From the NCBI GenBank assembly GCA_937930175.1, contig CALGLP010000015.1, forward strand, positions 132,174 to 196,173: a stretch of 64,000 nt of DNA. Reading direction: 5' to 3'. Of this stretch, positions 59,633 to 64,000 are shown in pieces (position 1 is the stretch's first letter; each line of letters begins with the position of its first letter). This stretch comes from an uncultured bacterium. Its GTDB lineage: Bacteria; Omnitrophota; Gorgyraeia; Zapsychrales; Aceulaceae. A program made the translations under genes and the position numbers. Below the pieces are notes generated by a model. It saw only the letters and a program-made list of their open reading frames with translations, searched no databases and had not been told where the DNA came from.

Positions 59633-60529
59633 TTAGTCTGAGATCATCCCGCCTTTGCGTAATATTTCTCCCATCGCTGACGAGGCGTCCTTCATTGAGC
59701 CTGTTGCCTTTAGCTTGGCCATGGCGTTTTGAAGGCCGGCGTTACCAGGCACATAGTTTGATGCGTTGCCCCCTCCTTCGGTCATAACTTTTGTCTGTAA
59801 GCGAGCGTATTTATTTTTTAGCTGTTGATTCTCACGCGCTCGATAATTAACATGATCCTTTAATAGCGTTGACGCGGTTATGGCCATGGCTCCGTAAAGC
59901 CCGAAAGGATGCGAGGAGATTCCCGGATCTGAGTTATACAAGGCCCTGGCTTTTTGAAAGAGAATAGAATTCTCGTTCCATCGTCCTGTAAAATTTCCTC
60001 TGTTGTCGCGCTCGAAGGCCTCGGGGAATTCGGTCTGGCATTTAATCAAGGCATCCCGTTGCGCAAGCTGATAATTCTTATTCGCCTCTAGCTTTTCATA
60101 TTCTTTGCGCACAAGGTCAATCGTATTCTGTTTCTCTATGGCTTTTATCTGATCGTAAGCCCATTGACGGCTTGCCTGATCTTCTGTGCTGTTGTAGAAG
60201 GCAGTTAAATCCTCAATGCTGTACGCCGGCTTTTCTTCTTGAGCAAGTTGCTGTTGAAGAAGAATGTCTTGCTTTTCTTTTTCAGCTTGAGCTAACTTTC
60301 GGCGCTCTTCCGCGAGCCTTTCGCGTAGCGTAGATCCTTTCTCATCAACTTCATTCAATTCTTTCTCATCGAATTCCTTGGTGAGATCTGGTGTTTTTTC
60401 TATATCTTCGTCGGTAATATCAGTTTTTACTTCTGGTGTGGCCTCTTGTTCTACTTCTGGAACGGATGTTTCTTCTGGTGTCTCCGGCGCCTGTGCATGT
60501 GCATCAATTTCGTTTTCTTCCATTTTCAT
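59633..60529 (-). CDS. acidic hypothetical protein
   Basis: 298 aa; Glu/Thr/Pro-rich N-terminus. Confidence 0.45.
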   Translation of the reverse strand: MKMEENEIDAHAQAPETPEETSVPEVEQEATPEVKTDITDEDIEKTPDLTKEFDEKELNEVDEKGSTLRERLAEERRKLAQAEKEKQDILLQQQLAQEEKPAYSIEDLTAFYNSTEDQASRQWAYDQIKAIEKQNTIDLVRKEYEKLEANKNYQLAQRDALIKCQTEFPEAFERDNRGNFTGRWNENSILFQKARALYNSDPGISSHPFGLYGAMAITASTLLKDHVNYRARENQQLKNKYARLQTKVMTEGGGNASNYVPGNAGLQNAMAKLKATGSMKDASSAMGEILRKGGMISD

Positions 60530-60534
60530 TCTCC

Positions 60535-61284
60535 TTAATCGTTTATGTTGTATCCGTAAGAATCATCGCCTAAAGCGCGTAATGTTTTTCTCATTGTTGC
60601 CTCACGAACTCCCTCATCAATTTCTTGCTGTTCACGCGGGGAAAGTGGCATCTTCGTATCTGCCTTCCGGCGTAAACGCTTATCATTCATCTGCCTTCTT
60701 TCTTCTTCAATGCGCTGTTTGCGTTCTTCCTCATCGCGCTTAATCTTTTCTTGAAGCTCCTGTTCTTTTTGAAGTGCTTGCTCTGACGTCTGAGAAAATC
60801 CTTCCAAAGCTTCTTGATGTTTTGAGCGAGCACGTTCTTCACGTTCCCGGGAAAGCTCCCCGGCCATGTCGCCTTTGTACATAGCATTTATATAATTTCC
60901 GGCGTTAGCCGTAGTCGGATTATCATCAAAGACTTGTTTGGCAATTTTAAGCCTTAGAGCCTGGTCTGTGGTCCATCCATGAGGAACTTTCTCCCCATAC
61001 CCTTTTTCATAAATTTCTTCTTCTTTAACTCTTTGGCCGATCTCTTTGGTGATCAAGGCTGTTTCGTCCTCGAGATTTCCTAAACTTTTACTCCTGGCCA
61101 TTTCCTCTTGTAGTGCTGTATTGAGCTCGTTCACTTTTTGGCGATAGGCTATGCGTGTCTGCTCATTATTATTTTTTAATAATTCTTTTCTTAAATGCTT
61201 ATACTCAGCTACTTCCTTACCATATCCTTTTTGTTGAAGGTATAGCTCGTAGCCCATTTCCAGGTGTTCAGGTTTAAATTCCAT
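60535..61284 (-). CDS. coiled-coil hypothetical protein
   Basis: 249 aa; E/K/R-rich. Confidence 0.45.
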   Translation of the reverse strand: MEFKPEHLEMGYELYLQQKGYGKEVAEYKHLRKELLKNNNEQTRIAYRQKVNELNTALQEEMARSKSLGNLEDETALITKEIGQRVKEEEIYEKGYGEKVPHGWTTDQALRLKIAKQVFDDNPTTANAGNYINAMYKGDMAGELSREREERARSKHQEALEGFSQTSEQALQKEQELQEKIKRDEEERKQRIEEERRQMNDKRLRRKADTKMPLSPREQQEIDEGVREATMRKTLRALGDDSYGYNIND

Positions 61285-61588
61285 TTTCTTTCCTCCGTAT
61301 TTTTATTCTGTTTTCTAAAAGTTTAAATGCCTCTTTAAAACTGCAAGGCTCGATCATTCTTATAAAGTCAACGGCTGAGCCCGCGTGCCAACACAATAAG
61401 CACGTCCAAGTCTGTGTTCTTGGATTAACAAAGAACGATTCAAGTTCGCTTTTCTTTATTCCTTCTAAATCCTCATTTTCACAAAAAGGACAAGTGGAGC
61501 GATAAAGCGAGCCCGTTCTTTTCATGCGGTAGTAGCTTTGAACAACATCTTCAAGCCTATTCTCGGACAATATAGCTTCGTATGTCAT
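61274..61588 (-). CDS. CHC2-type (primase-like) zinc-finger protein
   Basis: 104 aa; CPFC…(24)…CLLCWHAG pattern like the DnaG/phage primase zinc-binding domain. Confidence 0.5.
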   Translation of the reverse strand: MTYEAILSENRLEDVVQSYYRMKRTGSLYRSTCPFCENEDLEGIKKSELESFFVNPRTQTWTCLLCWHAGSAVDFIRMIEPCSFKEAFKLLENRIKIRRKENGI

Positions 61589-62063
61589 AAGTCGCCCCCT
61601 CTAGCGCTTGTTGCCTGGCTTTAAGATCCTTGATCTGGTTTTCCATGGCTACGAACTCCCATATCTTCTCAAAAGACTTTTCCCGACCGCGGGGAAACCC
61701 GACCTGGATTTGAAGATCTCTCAAAAGCTTCAAGCCTTCTGATAATGACCGGCCCTGACTGAAAGCATGTTTGCTTATATCTTTTAGCTTTTCCGCGTCT
61801 TTGTCTGACAATTTGCTAGGCTCCGTTTCAAAGAATTCCCATATTGCCGGGCTTATGTCGCGCCATCCTCTTTCCTGATCTGCCTTGAGATTAGCCAGGA
61901 AGTCTTTTTTGTTGCCCTTGCTGTCCTCAAACTTAACACGCTTAACTTCTGGCTCCTCCATTGACCTGAAAACGTCTTTGATCCTTTCCGCGCCTTCATC
62001 CAAAGGCTTATAGCCTTCATCAAAAGTCTCATAATCTTTGTCCGTAAAATCGTCTTTTTTCAT
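61557..62063 (-). CDS. hypothetical protein
   Basis: 168 aa; preceded by iterons. Confidence 0.4.
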   Translation of the reverse strand: MKKDDFTDKDYETFDEGYKPLDEGAERIKDVFRSMEEPEVKRVKFEDSKGNKKDFLANLKADQERGWRDISPAIWEFFETEPSKLSDKDAEKLKDISKHAFSQGRSLSEGLKLLRDLQIQVGFPRGREKSFEKIWEFVAMENQIKDLKARQQALEGATYDIRSYIVRE

Positions 62064-62132
62064 CCTTTCGTCCTTTCTTCGTTTTCCTGTGTAAAATGGC
62101 TTAGGGGTATGTAGGTATGGCTTTTCAAAAGA

Positions 62133-62186
62133 GGGGTGCCTAAGGGGTGCCTAAGGGGTGCCTAAGCCTCCCTAAGGGGTGCCTAA
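62133..62186. repeat. Iteron array: ggggtgcctaa x4 perfect + 1 degenerate, 11-bp period
   Basis: Read directly: 62133, 62144, 62155 and 62176 perfect, 62166 variant gcctccctaa. Confidence 0.75.
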
Positions 62187-62411
62187 AAAACCACTCCTAG
62201 ACTTTTGGCAAATATCCCAAAAGAAATCTATAACATCGCTTTCCAGGAAGAATCTCTCATCACCAACTTTAAAGCTTTTTAACCCCTGGGAAATCCAATA
62301 AGAGATCTGCCGGCTCTTATCTTTCTTCATTTCGATTCCAAACAGATCCGCGAGTATGCTTTCCGGGATTATTTCTTTGAGGCTTTGTGGTTTGCTTGTC
62401 TTGTCTGACAC
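62172..62411 (-). CDS. Excisionase-type HTH (HTH_17-like) DNA-binding protein
   Basis: 79 aa; ADLFGIEMKKDKSRQISYWISQG…FKVGDERFF; C-terminus runs into iterons. Confidence 0.45.
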   Translation of the reverse strand: MSDKTSKPQSLKEIIPESILADLFGIEMKKDKSRQISYWISQGLKSFKVGDERFFLESDVIDFFWDICQKSRSGFLGTP

Positions 62412-63064
62412 TATTTCCTTTCCCTAGCCATGATGCTAGTAAACTTGCTTTCTCTGGCCGGCCTTTGCCGATTAACTTAAGATAAAGCTGTTCTAGTTGT
62501 TTTCCTGTTAGATTCATGAGTTTAACAACACACTTCCAACAAGTGAGTTTGGTTTCTTTGTTGAAATTGCCTTTGATTTCTGTTTCACAAAAACTGCAAT
62601 ACATATATTCCTTTCTGGTTAAGGTTTTGGTATACTTTTGGCATGGAAAATGAAAAATCAGCCAAGATCAGGAACTTGTTACAGCGCATTAAAACATCTT
62701 TAGAGCTACTTTCCCAAGATAAGGCTGTTCCAAAGAAATTCCTTCAAGAAGCCCTCAAAGATTTAAAAACCATTGAAGAGATCCTCTAGCCAATATTTCA
62801 ATTTTTATTTGTAGTTTACTGAGCCAGAATGGCTAAGGCCGGCTTTTCAATTTTGGCGTGTAGTTCAGCGAGCGGGTTTATAGTACTACTAAGGCCCCCT
62901 TTGGGTGCCTATGGTGCCCTGTGGGAATTGTTCCCCTGTGTTGTTCCCGGGCTTGCACTGGCCCGCATGCGCGAGCTTGCGTACTGAACCGGAAACAAAC
63001 CCCCCCTCTAAAAAGTCCTGTTGCCCCTATTGAATAAGCCATAAGATAAAAGACTATAAAGTAA

Positions 63065-63631
63065 TCATTGTTTAGTCGTATTCTCGACGGGATTAAGTAT
63101 CTCTTGTATCTCCGGCACGCTCTCACGTGCTTGTATTTGTGCTCTAACGGCCTCTAATTGCCTCTCTAGGCTACGTTCTGCCTCGTATAAGTCATGAGCG
63201 CCCACGTCGGATAGATCGCGCGTCTTATCGCCTATATTGATCTGTATAGCGGTAGATCCATTATTAGTCTTAAAACGTCCTTCGGCTTCCCATTTTGTCC
63301 TTATCCCCGCGAGCTTATCTCTTGGAGTTGTATCTGAGCCAAAGATGATCCCGGCAAGCTCTTTTCCTAGTTTGTCGTCGGTCAATCCGTTCTCTTGAAA
63401 GACTTGCTGAAGCTCCATAGCTACTTTTGGGTTATTCTTAATGATCCATCCCAAAGACTTCTCGGAATCTCTCGTCGTGCAATTGTAATTAGCGTCCCGG
63501 ACCGCCTGTGAAGCTGAGTTTCCTTCCAGGTAAGACTTCACCCATTGTTTTTGGTGTAAGGTGAGTTCCTTCCGCTTAAAATCAGGTTTAGCTACATGTT
63601 TAGCTTCTTTCTTGTGTATATCTTTAGGCAT
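63065..63631 (-). CDS. Phage terminase small subunit-like protein
   Basis: 188 aa; N-terminal HTH QKQWVKSYLEGNSASQAVRDANYN resembles Terminase_2 family. Confidence 0.55.
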   Translation of the reverse strand: MPKDIHKKEAKHVAKPDFKRKELTLHQKQWVKSYLEGNSASQAVRDANYNCTTRDSEKSLGWIIKNNPKVAMELQQVFQENGLTDDKLGKELAGIIFGSDTTPRDKLAGIRTKWEAEGRFKTNNGSTAIQINIGDKTRDLSDVGAHDLYEAERSLERQLEAVRAQIQARESVPEIQEILNPVENTTKQ

Positions 63632-64000
63632 AGAGTATCCTTATAGGGTTATTAGTAAATAAAGGTAAATATGGAGTTATCGGGTGTATTGGTACTACTT
63701 GTGGAGGCTAGGCTTGTCTTTTCTTCTTGCTTTCTTTCCGCGGTTTTGGTTTAGAGCGTGGCTTCTTGGGCAAGAATCTTCCGAGTAATATGGTAAATAT
63801 TGACTTCTTGCACTTCTTACAGCACTTGTGAGTTTTCATGGTGTCCTTTGGTTTGTTCTTTTGCTTTTTCCCCGGGATAATGGAAAAGCCTACGAGATCG
63901 CTCCCATAGGCTTAACCGATTAAACTGCTTACTTACCATTTTTGCCCTTCTTTGCTTTCTTCAAAGGTAATTTAGCTTTCTTTGCCTTAAGCTTTTTCAA

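Larger units (their letters stand above)
53939..64000. mobile_element. Prophage-like integrative element (continues beyond window end)
   Basis: tRNA-fragment att, tyrosine integrase, Xis-like, serine recombinase, Cro/cI-like divergent HTH pair, CHC2 zinc-finger protein, iterons, small terminase subunit, many small Cys-rich ORFs. Confidence 0.6.

Noticed and set aside
62878-63126. ORF 62878..63126 (-) downstream of terS
   Set aside because: It overlaps the terS 3' end out of frame and is Arg/His-rich low-complexity. The GC-rich patch there may instead be a packaging (pac/cos) site or ncRNA, but I could not support either.

Overview
This is a low-GC (~42%) bacterial chromosomal segment, probably from an uncultivated lineage such as Omnitrophota, Elusimicrobia or a relative, and almost all genes are on the minus strand. 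From left to right the window holds: housekeeping genes (DHH phosphoesterase, PfkB kinase, YjbQ, TPR/transglutaminase lipoprotein, aminotransferase with Lrp regulator, DnaQ-like exonuclease, tRNA-binding protein); a tRNA-Val/tRNA-Asp operon with a near-consensus promoter and a bidirectional terminator; a GC-rich, stop-poor ~380-nt segment that looks like a structured ncRNA of unknown class; a 7-gene V-type ATPase operon (E, DUF2764, A, B, D, I, K); a complete pyrimidine operon (pyrR-pyrB-pyrC-[ICMT-like methyltransferase]-pyrK-[half-size TSUP]-pyrD-pyrF) with a sigma70 promoter and a PyrR-attenuator-like leader; two tandem paralogous giant secreted proteins (2705 aa and 1493 aa) that arose by segmental duplication, with an rsmI 3' fragment left as a scar; rsmI, glmS, an L27-like gene, a DsbA-like CxxS protein, a DD-carboxypeptidase and uppP; a pabB-like gene and a TPR/radical-SAM operon that share a ~190-nt conserved structured 5' leader carrying a T-box-like GGUACCGCG element and co-varying hairpins; an N-terminally truncated Rho; cspA; a Uup-like ABC-F ATPase; and, from ~53.9 kb to the window end, a prophage-like integrative element (tRNA-3'-fragment att site, tyrosine integrase, Xis, serine recombinase, cI/Cro-like switch, primase zinc-finger protein, iterons, small terminase). 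The strongest candidates for novel biology are the giant-protein pair, the shared regulatory leader and the truncated Rho next to the radical-SAM cassette.
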